Positions 9,524-20,832 of a stretch of DNA of 64,000 nucleotides are shown here, piece after piece (position 1 is the stretch's first letter; each line of letters opens with the position of its first letter). Made by a program: the position numbers and the translations under genes. The stretch comes from Dehalococcoidia bacterium. GTDB lineage: Bacteria > Chloroflexota > Dehalococcoidia > GIF9 > UBA5629. Where the stretch lies: the NCBI GenBank assembly GCA_050011565.1, contig JBEKIW010000003.1:160001-224000 (forward strand), read 5' to 3'. The notes under the pieces are model-generated. The model was not told where the DNA came from. It did no database searches and saw only the letters and a list, made by a program, of their open reading frames with translations.

Positions 9524-10759
9524 ATGTCGGTTAATTCTGGCGATACTGCCTGGCTGTTGATATCGACCGCGCTAGTTATGCTGATGACACCCGCCCTGGC
9601 TTTTTTCTACGGCGGTATGGTGAGAAGAAAGAATATACTTTCGACCATGATGATGAGCTTCGCCATCCTGGCTCTGGTCTCCGTCCTCTGGATAATTTAT
9701 GGCTACAGCATAAGCTTTGGTCCAGACAGAGGCGGCATTATCGGAGCACTCGACTGGATTGGACTTACGGGTGTCGGTCAAGCTCCTTCATCTGTTTATG
9801 CCACGACCGTTCCCCATCTGGCATTCATGATTTTTCAAGCTGCATTCGCCATCATTACGGTAGCTCTGTGGACCGGCGCCGTAGTCGAACGCATTAAATT
9901 TGGCGCATTGCTGGTTCTCGGTATCTTGTGGCTAACGGTAGTCTACTGCCCGGTTGCTCACTGGGTATGGGGCAGCGGTGGCTGGCTGGCCAGATTGGGA
10001 GCACTGGATTTTGCCGGCGGCGGTGTAGTCCATGTCAATGCTGGAATATCCGCTCTGGCCTTAGCTCTGGTGCTCGGCCCGCGTCTGGGATTTAAAGAGA
10101 AGGAGCCAATGGAGCCAAACAACATACCTTTTGTTGTGCTCGGTGCTGCTCTACTCTGGTTTGGCTGGTTCGGATTCAACGCCGGAAGTGCAGTTACTGC
10201 CGGTGGATTAGCCTCCAGCGCGTTTGTGGTTACCAACACCGCAGGTGCTTCAGCCGCTCTTACCTGGATGACGCTTGGTTGGATTAATCGCCGACCGTCC
10301 GTACTTGGCGCAGCCACTGGTGCTATTGTTGGTTTGGCAGCCATTACACCCGCTGCCGGCTTTGTCCAGCCCTGGGCAGGTATACCCATAGGCGTTATAG
10401 CTGCAGTGCTCTCTTACTATGTCATGCTGTGGCGGAATAAGGCAAATAAGATAGACGAATCGCTTGACGTCTTCGCCTGCCACGGAGTCGGCGGTGCCTG
10501 GGGGCTTTTAGCCACCGGCATTTTCGCCACGGCTGCCGTCAACCACGCTGGTTCCGGTTTAATAGACGGAAATGGCAAACAAGTTCTCATTCAGTTAGTC
10601 GCCATTGCTGCCATTATGGTCTATGCCTTTGCGGTTTCATGGATTCTGGCCACAATTCTAAAGGCCACTATGGGACTTCGCGTGAAGGAAGAGGAGGAGG
10701 TAGTTGGACTTGATATTTCCCAACACGGAGAACGAGCTTACGGAGGTGTATCACAATGA
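9524..10759 (+). CDS. amtB: Ammonium transporter Amt, copy 2
   Basis: Same Amt motifs; close paralogue of 7941-9173. Confidence 0.96.
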   Translation: MSVNSGDTAWLLISTALVMLMTPALAFFYGGMVRRKNILSTMMMSFAILALVSVLWIIYGYSISFGPDRGGIIGALDWIGLTGVGQAPSSVYATTVPHLAFMIFQAAFAIITVALWTGAVVERIKFGALLVLGILWLTVVYCPVAHWVWGSGGWLARLGALDFAGGGVVHVNAGISALALALVLGPRLGFKEKEPMEPNNIPFVVLGAALLWFGWFGFNAGSAVTAGGLASSAFVVTNTAGASAALTWMTLGWINRRPSVLGAATGAIVGLAAITPAAGFVQPWAGIPIGVIAAVLSYYVMLWRNKANKIDESLDVFACHGVGGAWGLLATGIFATAAVNHAGSGLIDGNGKQVLIQLVAIAAIMVYAFAVSWILATILKATMGLRVKEEEEVVGLDISQHGERAYGGVSQ

Positions 10760-11103
10760 AAAAGATAGAGGCGATTATAAGGCCAGAGAAGCTGGAAGAT
10801 GTGAAAACAGCGCTGGAGGCCAGGGGTATCCTGACCATGACTGTTACCCAGGTGAGCGGTAGAGGGCGTCAAAAGGGTATAGCTTTGCAATGGCGTGCCG
10901 GCGAATATCGAGTAGAGTTCCTGCCTAAAATAAAACTGGAGATTGTGTGCAGTGATGATGAATGCAAAACTGCTGTCGATATTATAAGTAAGTCAGCCCG
11001 AACAGGAAAGGTAGGTGATGGCATGATATTTGTCTTGCCCGTGGACAGCGCCGTGCGGGTAAGAACTAGCGATATCAGCGAAACACTCGTCAAAACGAAA
11101 TAA
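10756..11103 (+). CDS. glnK: P-II nitrogen regulatory protein
   Basis: MKKIEAIIRPEKL, GRGRQKG, TGKVGDG; ATGA overlap with amt2. Confidence 0.93.
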   Translation: MKKIEAIIRPEKLEDVKTALEARGILTMTVTQVSGRGRQKGIALQWRAGEYRVEFLPKIKLEIVCSDDECKTAVDIISKSARTGKVGDGMIFVLPVDSAVRVRTSDISETLVKTK

Positions 11104-11123
11104 AAAGCATTAAAGGAGGTATT

Positions 11124-12557
11124 ATGAAACCGGAAGACATAGCCAGTTTTATAAAGAAAAATTATATTGAATTCGTAGACCTTAAATTCAACGACCTGCC
11201 CGGATTATGGCAGCACTTCTCCATACCCGTTAGTGAACTTACTGAAATCGATGATCCCACTCGAGGTATTTGGGTCGATGGCATAGGTTTCGATGGCTCA
11301 AGCATTCGCGGATTCCAGGCAATACAGGAAAGCGATATGATACTTCTTCCTGACCCCGACTCGGCTGTTATCGACCCTATATGCGAGGTCCCGACGCTAA
11401 GCATAATCTGTGATATTCATGACCCGCTGACAAAAAAGCCTTATACCCGGGACCCGAGATATATAGCCAAGAAAGCCGAGAAATATCTGAAGTCCACTAG
11501 CATAGCGGATACCAGCTACTGGGGCCCGGAAATGGAATTCTTCATTTTCGACGACATCCGATTTCGTCAAAATCAGCACTGCGGCTTTTACTATATCGAT
11601 TCCGTAGAGGCAGACTGGAATACTGGAAAGGAAGAAAATCCAAACCTGGGATATAAGCCCCGCTACAAAGAAGGCTATTTCCCCGTGCCACCTCACGATT
11701 CGCTGCAGGATTTAAGGTCGAAAATCGTTCAGACCTTAATTAAAACTGGCATTCATATAGAGGTACACCATCATGAGGTGGCTACTGCCGGTCAGTGCGA
11801 AATCGATATGAAGTTTCAGTCTCTTACTCTGATGGGCGACCAGATGATGTGGTATAAGTATATTGTCAAGAATATGTGTAAGAAACATAATAAAGTAGCC
11901 ACATTTATGCCTAAGCCTATCTTCGAGGATAACGGCTCGGGCATGCATGTCCACCAGAGCTTATTTAAAGGAAAAGAAAATGTTTTCTTTGACCCCAAGG
12001 GCTACGCTCTAATTAGCCAGATTGCCAAGTACTATGCCGGAGGGTTGCTCAAGCATGCAGCTTCCCTGTCAGCCATCGTAGCCCCTACCACCAATTCCTA
12101 TAAACGGCTGGTTCCCGGGTTCGAAGCTCCGGTCAATTTGGTGTACTCTGCTCGGAATCGCAGCGCTTGCGTCCGAATTCCGGTTTACACTGACAATCCC
12201 AGAACTAAAAGACTTGAGTACAGACCGCCTGACAATTCCTGCAACGGCTATTTAGCTATGGCGGCAATGCTGATGGCCGGACTTGACGGCATCCAAAATA
12301 AAATAGATCCCGGCGAGCCTATGGATAAAGATTCTTACCATCTGAGTCCAAGAGATGCCGCTAAAATAAAGACAGTGCCGTCATCTCTGGAGGAAGCTCT
12401 TAACGCCCTGGAAAAAGACCACGCATATCTTCTCAAAGGCGATGTCTTTACTCCCGATGTAATTGAAGTTTGGCTTGATTACAAGAGAACCAGGGAGGTT
12501 GATGCTTTAAGGCTCAGGCCTCATCCCTACGAGTTCTACATGTATTTCGACATTTAA
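11124..12557 (+). CDS. glnA: Glutamine synthetase type I (beta-like, 477 aa)
   Basis: FDGSSIRGF, KEGYFPVPPHD, HHHEVA, FMPKP..DNGSGMH, NSYKRLVPGFEAP; Tyr kept in KDSYHLSP. Confidence 0.96.
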   Translation: MKPEDIASFIKKNYIEFVDLKFNDLPGLWQHFSIPVSELTEIDDPTRGIWVDGIGFDGSSIRGFQAIQESDMILLPDPDSAVIDPICEVPTLSIICDIHDPLTKKPYTRDPRYIAKKAEKYLKSTSIADTSYWGPEMEFFIFDDIRFRQNQHCGFYYIDSVEADWNTGKEENPNLGYKPRYKEGYFPVPPHDSLQDLRSKIVQTLIKTGIHIEVHHHEVATAGQCEIDMKFQSLTLMGDQMMWYKYIVKNMCKKHNKVATFMPKPIFEDNGSGMHVHQSLFKGKENVFFDPKGYALISQIAKYYAGGLLKHAASLSAIVAPTTNSYKRLVPGFEAPVNLVYSARNRSACVRIPVYTDNPRTKRLEYRPPDNSCNGYLAMAAMLMAGLDGIQNKIDPGEPMDKDSYHLSPRDAAKIKTVPSSLEEALNALEKDHAYLLKGDVFTPDVIEVWLDYKRTREVDALRLRPHPYEFYMYFDI

Positions 12558-12590
12558 TATCTGTACCCGGAGGATTCGGGGGTGTGACTT

Positions 12591-13931
12591 GTGGCTGTAA
12601 AGAGTCGAACTGAGGGGCGGGGCTATGTGCTTAAGATAGCCAGGGAGCAAGATGTTAAGTTTATCAGGCTCTGGTTTGCCGATATCTTGGGCTTCCTCAA
12701 AAGCTTCGCTATCACGTTCGAGGAACTGGAGGCTGCCCTGGAGGATGGCGTGGGCTTCGATGGTTCTTCAATCGAGGGATTTGCTCGTATAGATGAGAGC
12801 GATATGCTGGCTCTACCCGACCCGGATACCTTCCAGTTGTTGCCCTGGAGGCCGAAAGAACATGCCGTAGCCAGGATGTTTTGCGACATTGTCAGACCTG
12901 GTGGCGAGCCTTTCGAAGGAGATCCCAGATACGTCCTGAGACAGAACTTGAAGCGGGCAGCAGACATGGGCTACACATTTTATGTTGGGCCAGAGCTCGA
13001 GTATTTCTATTTCCGTGATTCCAATGGTACCAACATCCTAGATAAAGGCGGCTATTTCGACATGACCCCTCTGGATGCCGCCACTGACCTGAGGAGAGAC
13101 ACAGTTTTGACTCTCGAAGAGATGGGCATAGGTGTGGAGTTCTCCCACCATGAGGTTGCGTCCAGCCAGCATGAAATAGATATGCGATATACTGACGCAC
13201 TGACTATGGCTGATAATGTAATGACCTATCGGCTGGTAGTCAAAGAGGTGGCCATCAAGCACGGTGTCTACGCCACTTTTATGCCCAAACCTGTTTTCGG
13301 GATAAATGGCAGCGGTATGCACGTCAATCAGTCTCTGTTTAAGAGCAATAAAAACGCCTTCTTTGATAAGAATGATGAATATCATCTTTCTGATGTAGCC
13401 AGGTGTTATATAGCTGGACTACTAAGACATGCCCCCGAAATCACTGCCATTACCAACCAGTGGGTCAATTCTTATAAACGGCTGGTTCCCGGCTATGAGG
13501 CGCCGGTATACATCTCCTGGGCCCGACGCAATAGAGCTGATTTGATAAGAGTACCCGAATATAGGCCCGGGCGTGAGAACGCGACCAGGATTGAGTTTCG
13601 TTCGCCCGACCCGGCTTGCAACCCTTATCTCGCCTTCAGTGTAATGCTGGCTGCCGGACTCGAGGGTATAGAGAAGGGATATGAACTGCCTGCACCTGTC
13701 CAGGAGAATGTACATGAGATGACTGATGGGGAAAGGAAGAAAAGAGGTATCGGAACTCTGCCTGCCGACCTACTTGAGGCGGTACATTTAACATCAAAGA
13801 GCAAGCTGGTTCGTAAGGCTCTGGGTGAACACACCTATAATGCTTTCATTAAAAATAAACTAATCGAATGGGACCAGTACCGGAGTCAGGTCACTCAATT
13901 TGAACTTGAACGATATTTGCCTGTATTATGA
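12591..13931 (+). CDS. glnA: Glutamine synthetase type I (alpha-like, 446 aa)
   Basis: FDGSSIEGF, HHEVASSQHEI, FMPKP..INGSGMH, NSYKRLVPGYEAP, RSPDPACNPY. Confidence 0.93.
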   Translation: MAVKSRTEGRGYVLKIAREQDVKFIRLWFADILGFLKSFAITFEELEAALEDGVGFDGSSIEGFARIDESDMLALPDPDTFQLLPWRPKEHAVARMFCDIVRPGGEPFEGDPRYVLRQNLKRAADMGYTFYVGPELEYFYFRDSNGTNILDKGGYFDMTPLDAATDLRRDTVLTLEEMGIGVEFSHHEVASSQHEIDMRYTDALTMADNVMTYRLVVKEVAIKHGVYATFMPKPVFGINGSGMHVNQSLFKSNKNAFFDKNDEYHLSDVARCYIAGLLRHAPEITAITNQWVNSYKRLVPGYEAPVYISWARRNRADLIRVPEYRPGRENATRIEFRSPDPACNPYLAFSVMLAAGLEGIEKGYELPAPVQENVHEMTDGERKKRGIGTLPADLLEAVHLTSKSKLVRKALGEHTYNAFIKNKLIEWDQYRSQVTQFELERYLPVL

Positions 13932-13981
13932 TGATTAAAGATGAGCTAGCAAGCCAGAACAATATATAAAAGGAGGTTGTA

Positions 13982-14350
13982 ATGTCATACAATTGGGGGC
14001 CGCACTACATCGTTCCTACGGATGTTCTGAAAAGCTACTCTGGAACGGTTCTATTGCGCGAGGAGTTCGATGAAGACCTGCTGCACAAGGAGTTGCAGGC
14101 ACTGGGTATCTCCGGTCCTATAGTGACCATCACCAATCCATGGTATTACCGCAAAAAGAAAACAGATACCTGGGTCAAGATTGGAGAATCAAGCAACGAA
14201 CAGCAGAACTTCCCTACCCGATGGGACACAATCGGCCTCGAAAACGGACAGTACGAGGTTATGGGACTGATGCATGTCTTTGCCAAGAAAGGTACTGCAG
14301 AGGTAGCCATCGCCCGGCAGAATGTAGTCGAAATTACTGTTAAGAATTAG
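13982..14350 (+). CDS. Hypothetical protein (122 aa)
   Basis: AAGGAGG RBS; normal composition; no family recognised. Confidence 0.75.
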   Translation: MSYNWGPHYIVPTDVLKSYSGTVLLREEFDEDLLHKELQALGISGPIVTITNPWYYRKKKTDTWVKIGESSNEQQNFPTRWDTIGLENGQYEVMGLMHVFAKKGTAEVAIARQNVVEITVKN

Positions 14351-14505
14351 GCTTTAATCAACTGTGTGCCCGCATTTTCATCATCTTCACTCATAATGTT
14401 AATAGAGAGCACCGATAAAGGACTCGGTTGACCGGATGTCAACTTGAGTTATTCTTGTTGGTTCTCTAAAATTACTGTTGGTCTGGTTTTCTAGGAGAAA
14501 CTAAT

Positions 14506-16242
14506 ATGCGCAAGCTGCGTATCGGCATGTCTCAAATCAATACCACCGTAGGCGATTTTGCTGGCAACACGCGAAAGATTCTGGAAGCCATCGCCGCGGC
14601 TCGCCCTTTGGGAGTTGACCTCATCGCTTTTCCTGAGCTGGCTATCTGCGGTTATCCGCCGGAAGACCTTTTGTTCAAGCCGCAGTTTATCGAAGAGAAC
14701 CTGAAATCTCTTGAGAAAGTCATCAAGCAAACATCCGGGCTGGCTGTCATAGTCGGATTCGTCGATGCCAAGAGCGACATCTATAACGCAGCGGCAATTA
14801 TCAACGACGGCAAGCTTGTCAGCATTTATCATAAGATATACCTGCCGAACTACGGCGTCTTCGATGAAAATCGCTATTTTCAAGCCGGCAGGGAATGTCC
14901 GGTGTATACCATACTTGGAGTCGGTATCGGCGTCAATATTTGCGAAGATATCTGGTATGAGGCGGGGCCGGCCACGGCTCAGGCTTATGCGGGGGCGGAG
15001 GTTATAATAAATATAAGCGCCTCTCCCTATCACTTCGGTAAGGAAAACGACAGAGAAAGAATGCTGGCGACTCGTGCCTCGGATAATGTAGCCATTATCG
15101 TCTATGATAACCTGGTAGGCGGCCAGGATGAACTGGTTTTTGATGGCAACAGTATGGTGCTGAATGAGAAGGGACAACTGTTAGCCAGGGGCAAACAGTT
15201 TGAAGAAGACCTGATAGTTGTTGACCTCGATGTGGAAGCCGTTTTCCGGACTCGTTTGCATGACCCCAGGTGGAGGAAGGAGACGCTGCTTCTAGAAGAC
15301 CATCCGGAACATGCGGTCAATGTAGTGGTGTCCGAGCTATCTCCGGCAGCTCCCAAGCCGGCATTGCCGCCTAGGCAGATTAAAGAGCACAGCTTTCCAG
15401 GTGATGTCTATGATGCCTTGGTGCTGGGGACACGCGACTATATAACTAAGAATGGTTTTAAGAAAGTACTGATAGGACTGTCAGGCGGAATCGATTCCAG
15501 CCTGGTAGCAGCCATAGCCGCCGATGCCCTAGGCCGGTCCAATGTTATAGGAGTATTGATGCCCTCCAGGTATTCATCGTCGGGGAGTGTATCTGATTCC
15601 GAACTTCTGGGCCGGAATTTGGGTATTAAATATATTACCATTCCTATCGAGAAAGTATACCAGGGCTACATTGAAACACTGGCAGAACAATTTCGAGATG
15701 CCAAACCGGATTCCACCGAGGAGAATATCCAGGCGCGTATCAGGGGGAACCTGCTTATGGCCTTATCGAACAAGTTTGGCTGGCTGGTTCTGACCACCGG
15801 TAACAAGAGCGAGATTGCCACCGGCTACACCACTTTGTATGGAGACATGGCCGGCGGCTTTGCCGTGATAAAGGATGTGCCTAAGACATTAGTATATGAG
15901 CTGGCTAAATATAGAAATTCGATAGCTAACGATGAGGTCATACCGCCCGGCATCATTTCCAAAGCACCTTCGGCGGAGTTGAGGCCGGAGCAAAAAGACA
16001 CCGACAGCTTGCCACCGTATGAACTGCTCGACCCCGTCCTGACCGCTTACGTTGAAGAAGACAAGAGCGTTGAACAAATTATCGGCTCCGGTTTTGAAGA
16101 AAGTGTGGTGAAACGGGCAGCACGGCTGGTTGACGGCAGTGAATACAAAAGACGCCAGGCACCGCCGGGTATTAAGATAACGCCCAGGGCCTTCGGTCGA
16201 GACAGGAGATTGCCAATTACCAACAGGTTCAAAGGATGTTAG
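14506..16242 (+). CDS. nadE: Glutamine-dependent NAD+ synthetase
   Basis: Nitrilase domain (FPEL, ICEDIW) plus GLSGGIDS, ENIQARIRG, TGNKSE, SAELRP. Confidence 0.96.
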   Translation: MRKLRIGMSQINTTVGDFAGNTRKILEAIAAARPLGVDLIAFPELAICGYPPEDLLFKPQFIEENLKSLEKVIKQTSGLAVIVGFVDAKSDIYNAAAIINDGKLVSIYHKIYLPNYGVFDENRYFQAGRECPVYTILGVGIGVNICEDIWYEAGPATAQAYAGAEVIINISASPYHFGKENDRERMLATRASDNVAIIVYDNLVGGQDELVFDGNSMVLNEKGQLLARGKQFEEDLIVVDLDVEAVFRTRLHDPRWRKETLLLEDHPEHAVNVVVSELSPAAPKPALPPRQIKEHSFPGDVYDALVLGTRDYITKNGFKKVLIGLSGGIDSSLVAAIAADALGRSNVIGVLMPSRYSSSGSVSDSELLGRNLGIKYITIPIEKVYQGYIETLAEQFRDAKPDSTEENIQARIRGNLLMALSNKFGWLVLTTGNKSEIATGYTTLYGDMAGGFAVIKDVPKTLVYELAKYRNSIANDEVIPPGIISKAPSAELRPEQKDTDSLPPYELLDPVLTAYVEEDKSVEQIIGSGFEESVVKRAARLVDGSEYKRRQAPPGIKITPRAFGRDRRLPITNRFKGC

Positions 16243-16296
16243 ACTACTGTTAAGAAAGATTCGGCACCAGAGGATAGCAGAGCTTCGAAGGAAATA

Positions 16297-17382
16297 ATGA
16301 GCAAGCGTGCCTTTCTAGTTTTGGAGGATGGCTCCATCTATGAAGGCTATTCCTTTGGAGCTGAAGATACCACCTTTGGCGAAGTTGTCTTCAACACCAG
16401 CATGTCCGGCTACCAGGAGATGCTAACCGACCCTTCTTACGCCGGGCAGATTGTAGTTCCCACATATCCTCTCATCGGCAACTACGGCATCAACCAATTC
16501 GACTTCGAATCCAGGCAGATTCAAGTAAGAGGCTTTGTCGTTAGAGAATATTGCTCCACCCCCAGCCACTGGCAGAGTACCAGCAGCTTACACGAATTTC
16601 TACAAAGCAGCGGCATACCCGGCTTGAGCGGCATAGATACTCGAGCTTTAACCCGCCGCCTCCGCTCAGCCGGGGTTATGATGGGTATACTGTCCTCTGA
16701 GATGACGCCTGAAGAGGCTCTGAGGGAGCTGAAAAACCTGCCCGGTTATGGCTCAATCGATTTCGTCAAAGAAGTCGCTACCGTTAAATCATATCAATGG
16801 GAATTGCCGCCCGATATCACTCAACCTCAGCGCCACATTGTAGTCGTTGACATGGGATTAAAATACAACATCGCCCGCATACTGACTCGACTCGGCTGCT
16901 CGGTGACTGTTGTCCCCTGCACCATGCCTGCGCCGGATATTTTGAAACTAAAACCCGACGGCATTGTTTTATCTCCCGGTCCCGGCGACCCGGCACTTCT
17001 CGACTATCTGATAAAAACGGCCAGAGAGCTTGTCTACCGAAAGCCGGTCATGGGTATCTGTTTGGGACATCAACTGATTGGGCGGGCCTTTGGCGCCGTA
17101 ACATTCAAGCTTAAGTTCGGCCATCGCGGCGGCAACCATCCCGTTTGTGATCTGGCAACGGGCAGAGTCAATATTACAACTCAAAACCACGGCTATGCCG
17201 TGGACGGTGATAGCCTGAAAGGAGGGCTTGAGGTCAGCCAGATAAACTTAAACGACGGTACGGTTGAGGGCTTTCGTCACAAGGAACTTCCTCTCCTATC
17301 CATCCAGTACCACTCCGAAGGCTCCCCCGGCCCTCAGGATAACGTCTACTTGTTCCAACAGTTCCTGGAGATGGTGAGGTAA
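16297..17382 (+). CDS. carA: Carbamoyl-phosphate synthase small subunit
   Basis: [37 protein letters not shown]. Confidence 0.97.
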   Translation: MSKRAFLVLEDGSIYEGYSFGAEDTTFGEVVFNTSMSGYQEMLTDPSYAGQIVVPTYPLIGNYGINQFDFESRQIQVRGFVVREYCSTPSHWQSTSSLHEFLQSSGIPGLSGIDTRALTRRLRSAGVMMGILSSEMTPEEALRELKNLPGYGSIDFVKEVATVKSYQWELPPDITQPQRHIVVVDMGLKYNIARILTRLGCSVTVVPCTMPAPDILKLKPDGIVLSPGPGDPALLDYLIKTARELVYRKPVMGICLGHQLIGRAFGAVTFKLKFGHRGGNHPVCDLATGRVNITTQNHGYAVDGDSLKGGLEVSQINLNDGTVEGFRHKELPLLSIQYHSEGSPGPQDNVYLFQQFLEMVR

Positions 17383-20300
17383 TGGGGAAGTCTAAAATCT
17401 CAAAGGTACTGGTCATCGGGTCGGGGCCGATAATCATCGGGCAGGCGGCCGAGTTCGACTACGCCGGCACTCAGGCCTGTAAATCGCTACGTGAGGAAGG
17501 CGTGACCACAGTGCTGGTGAACTCAAATCCGGCGACTATTATGACCGATGAGGGTATCGCTGACATCGTTTACATCGAGCCATTAACCGTTGAAGTCATA
17601 GCCCGCATAATCGAGCGGGAACGTCCAGACGGGCTGCTGCCGACCCTCGGCGGGCAAACAGGGCTTAACCTGGCCGTAGAGCTTGCCGATGCCGGCGTGC
17701 TTGATAAGTATGGTGTCCGGTTACTGGGAACACCGCTGGAGACAATCAAGAAGGCTGAGGAGAGGTCTCTATTCAAACAACTGATAATTGACATCGGTGA
17801 GCCGGTGCCTGATAGCGCCACGGTGAATTCCGTTGCGCAAGCGAAAGAGCTAGCCAGAACCATCGGTTTACCTCTGATAGTCCGCCCGTCGTATACCCTA
17901 GGCGGAACCGGCGGCGGCATTGTTAATACCATGGAAGAACTGGAGACTATCGCGTCGGGCGGTTTAGCCTCAAGCCTGACCCACGAGGTACTGGTGGAAA
18001 GGTGCCTCCTCGGCTGGAAAGAAATCGAGTATGAGGTAATGCGGGATGCCGCCGATAACTGTATAACTGTGTGCAATATGGAGAACATCGACCCCATGGG
18101 AGTGCACACCGGCGATAGTATCGTGGTTGCTCCAAGCCAGACCCTAACCGACAAAGAATATCAAATGTTAAGGTCGGCCAGCCTGAAAATAATCAGGGCC
18201 CTGGGCATCGAAGGCGGCTGCAACATCCAGTTCGCCTTGACCCCCAGTCCGGTAGTAGCTCAAAAATGGGCGCCGGACCAGTTAAATATAAACAAAAGCC
18301 AGTACTATATTATTGAGGTAAATCCTCGCGTCAGCCGCAGCTCGGCCCTGGCCAGCAAGGCCACCGGCTATCCTATCGCCCGCGTGGCGGCCAAGATAGC
18401 TATGGGCAAGAGACTGGATGAAATTCTCAACCGGGTAACAGGTAAGACAAAAGCAGCCTTCGAGCCAGCCCTGGACTACTGCGTGGTGAAAATCCCACGC
18501 TGGCCGTTCGACAAGTTCGCCCTGGGAGACCGCAGGCTGGGCAGCCAGATGAAAGCTACCGGCGAAGTCATGGCAATCGACCGCTGTTTCGAAGCTGCTC
18601 TCCAGAAAGCAGTTCGCTCCCTTGAATTCGGTAAGAAATCACTTCTCTGGGAAGACAGGAGCTGGGGCAAAGGCACAGACCTCGATTCTTACCCGCTACA
18701 CCCCAACGACCTGCGGCTGTGGGCAATTATGGCAGCGCTGAGACGCGGAGTAGGCTACGAACAGGTAGCGCAACATACCGGCATCGACCCGTGGTTCATC
18801 AGCAAATTGCTCAACATAGTAGACATGGAGAAAAGGCTTCTTGCCGAACCATTGACGCCTGAATTTCTATGGCAGGCAAAACGCCTTGGCTTTTCCGATG
18901 AGCAAATCGGGACTTTAGCCGATAGATTGCCGGAGCGAGTCCGCCAACTGCGGCATAACTGGCAAATATGCCCGGTCTACAAGATGGTAGATACCTGCGC
19001 CGCCGAATTCGATGCGGAAACGCCTTATTTTTACAGCGCCTATGAAAAAGAAAACGAGGCCGAGCCGATACCTGACAAAAAGGCTGTAGTCATCGGCAGC
19101 GGTCCTATTCGCATAGGCCAGGGCATAGAGTTCGACTACTGCTCCGTTCATTCCGCCTGGGCGCTTCAAGAGGCAGGCATCAAGAGCATCATGGTGAATT
19201 CCAACCCTGAAACGGTGTCCACGGACTTCGATACCAGCGACCGTCTTTACTTCGAAGCTTTAGACGAGGAAAGCCTGCGTGACATTCTTGAAAATGAAAG
19301 TGCGGTAGCTAAAAATAACATTATTCCGCCCTCAATTGTTCAATTTGGTGGTCAAACTGCCATCAACCTGACTGAGGCCCTGGCCCGCAGCAATATGCCC
19401 ATAATCGGCTCCACCGCAGAAACCATCGATATAGCTGAAGACCGTCGTCGATTTGAAGATTTCCTCAATCGTTTAGGCATACCTCAGCCGCCGGGAGCCG
19501 GCGTGACTTCTTTAGAAGAAGGTATTAAGACGGCTAAATCCCTCAGTTATCCGGTGCTGGTTCGGCCGAGTTATGTTCTTGGCGGCAGGGCTATGGAAAT
19601 CGTGCACAACGAGGAGGAACTGGTCCGTTACATGTCGCTGGCCCTGGAGATGGACAGTCAACACCCGACGTTGATTGATAAGTATTTCGAAGGCAAAGAG
19701 GTAGAAGTGGACGCCGTCAGCGATGGGAAAGATGTCCTCATCCCGGGAGTAATGGAACATATAGAACGTGCCGGGGTTCATAGCGGCGATTCTATAGCTG
19801 TTTATCCGGCACAGAACCTTACCAAAGACGAGGTAAACACCATCGTTGATTACACAATAAGAATCGGGCAGGCGCTCCAGGTAAAAGGTCTAATGAACAT
19901 ACAGCTCGTCGTTATGCGGGGTGAGCAAAATGGTTCACCCTCAGTATATGTACTGGAAGTAAATCCGCGTGCCAGCCGAACCATACCGTTCATTTCTAAG
20001 GTTACGGGCGTGCCCATGGTCCGAATCGCCACCAAGGTAATGTTAGGCATAGGGTTGAAAAAGCAGGGTTATACGACAGGTTTGTGGAAAAAGCAGAAAC
20101 TTGTAGGCATAAAAGCTCCCGTTTTCTCCATGGCCAAACTGATGGGCGTAGATACCTATCTCGGCCCCGAGATGAAGTCGACCGGCGAGGTTATGGGAAT
20201 TGACTACACCTTTGAAGCGGCTTTGACCAAGGCACTAATCGCCGCCGGCCTTATGCTGGCACCTCAGGGTAATCTATTATTCAGCATCGCCAACCAAAAT

Positions 20301-20672
20301 AAAGCCGAAGCTTTACCCATAATAGAAGGCTTTTATTCTATTGGCTACCATCTTTTCGCCACGGAAGGGACGGCGGCTATGATCAAAAAATCGGGTATGA
20401 AAGTAAAGAAGATCGGCAAGAAGTTAGGCGAAGGCCATCCCAATGTGGTTGATATTATCAATGACGGCTCTGTAACCGGAGTAGTCAATACGGCTACGGG
20501 CGGTCGTGTTCCGCTGCAAGACGGTTTTCATATCCGGCGAGCTGCTACCGAAATGCGTATCCCTTGTTTTACATCGCTCGATACCGCTCGCATAGTTTTA
20601 AAAGCGCTATCCAGCGGTATCCGGAACTTCAACGTGAAACCGTTACAAGAGTATTTGTCAGGACCGAGTTAA
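17382..20672 (+). CDS. carB: Carbamoyl-phosphate synthase large subunit
   Basis: [52 protein letters not shown]. Confidence 0.98.
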   Translation: MGKSKISKVLVIGSGPIIIGQAAEFDYAGTQACKSLREEGVTTVLVNSNPATIMTDEGIADIVYIEPLTVEVIARIIERERPDGLLPTLGGQTGLNLAVELADAGVLDKYGVRLLGTPLETIKKAEERSLFKQLIIDIGEPVPDSATVNSVAQAKELARTIGLPLIVRPSYTLGGTGGGIVNTMEELETIASGGLASSLTHEVLVERCLLGWKEIEYEVMRDAADNCITVCNMENIDPMGVHTGDSIVVAPSQTLTDKEYQMLRSASLKIIRALGIEGGCNIQFALTPSPVVAQKWAPDQLNINKSQYYIIEVNPRVSRSSALASKATGYPIARVAAKIAMGKRLDEILNRVTGKTKAAFEPALDYCVVKIPRWPFDKFALGDRRLGSQMKATGEVMAIDRCFEAALQKAVRSLEFGKKSLLWEDRSWGKGTDLDSYPLHPNDLRLWAIMAALRRGVGYEQVAQHTGIDPWFISKLLNIVDMEKRLLAEPLTPEFLWQAKRLGFSDEQIGTLADRLPERVRQLRHNWQICPVYKMVDTCAAEFDAETPYFYSAYEKENEAEPIPDKKAVVIGSGPIRIGQGIEFDYCSVHSAWALQEAGIKSIMVNSNPETVSTDFDTSDRLYFEALDEESLRDILENESAVAKNNIIPPSIVQFGGQTAINLTEALARSNMPIIGSTAETIDIAEDRRRFEDFLNRLGIPQPPGAGVTSLEEGIKTAKSLSYPVLVRPSYVLGGRAMEIVHNEEELVRYMSLALEMDSQHPTLIDKYFEGKEVEVDAVSDGKDVLIPGVMEHIERAGVHSGDSIAVYPAQNLTKDEVNTIVDYTIRIGQALQVKGLMNIQLVVMRGEQNGSPSVYVLEVNPRASRTIPFISKVTGVPMVRIATKVMLGIGLKKQGYTTGLWKKQKLVGIKAPVFSMAKLMGVDTYLGPEMKSTGEVMGIDYTFEAALTKALIAAGLMLAPQGNLLFSIANQNKAEALPIIEGFYSIGYHLFATEGTAAMIKKSGMKVKKIGKKLGEGHPNVVDIINDGSVTGVVNTATGGRVPLQDGFHIRRAATEMRIPCFTSLDTARIVLKALSSGIRNFNVKPLQEYLSGPS

Positions 20673-20700
20673 TCACAGTCTTCAGAAGCAGACAGCTTCT

Positions 20701-20762
20701 AAATTTCCCATTTTTGACTTTTAATTTGTTCTTTTGACTTTTGGTCTTTAACTTTTGACTTT
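20701..20762. repeat. Strand-asymmetric imperfect heptamer repeats (TTTTGAC-like)
   Basis: tttttgact tttaattt gttcttttgact tttggtc tttaact tttgactt downstream of carB. Confidence 0.6.
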
Positions 20763-20832
20763 CGTTGGGGCATTCTGTTTTTACCGCGGAGATAGTATAA
20801 TACATATAATTTGTATTGAGGATACACAGCAT

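Noticed and set aside
14421-14450. Hairpin upstream of nadE as a riboswitch
   Set aside because: A single stem-loop with no recognisable aptamer consensus.
17570-18154. Long antisense ORFs in carB and other housekeeping genes
   Set aside because: They are partial shadows that cover only a fraction of each gene and do not tile a bounded element as in the IS.
20629-20832. 67-aa minus-strand ORF and 5' extension of nrpR2
   Set aside because: Both derive from the low-complexity heptamer tract and promoter region.
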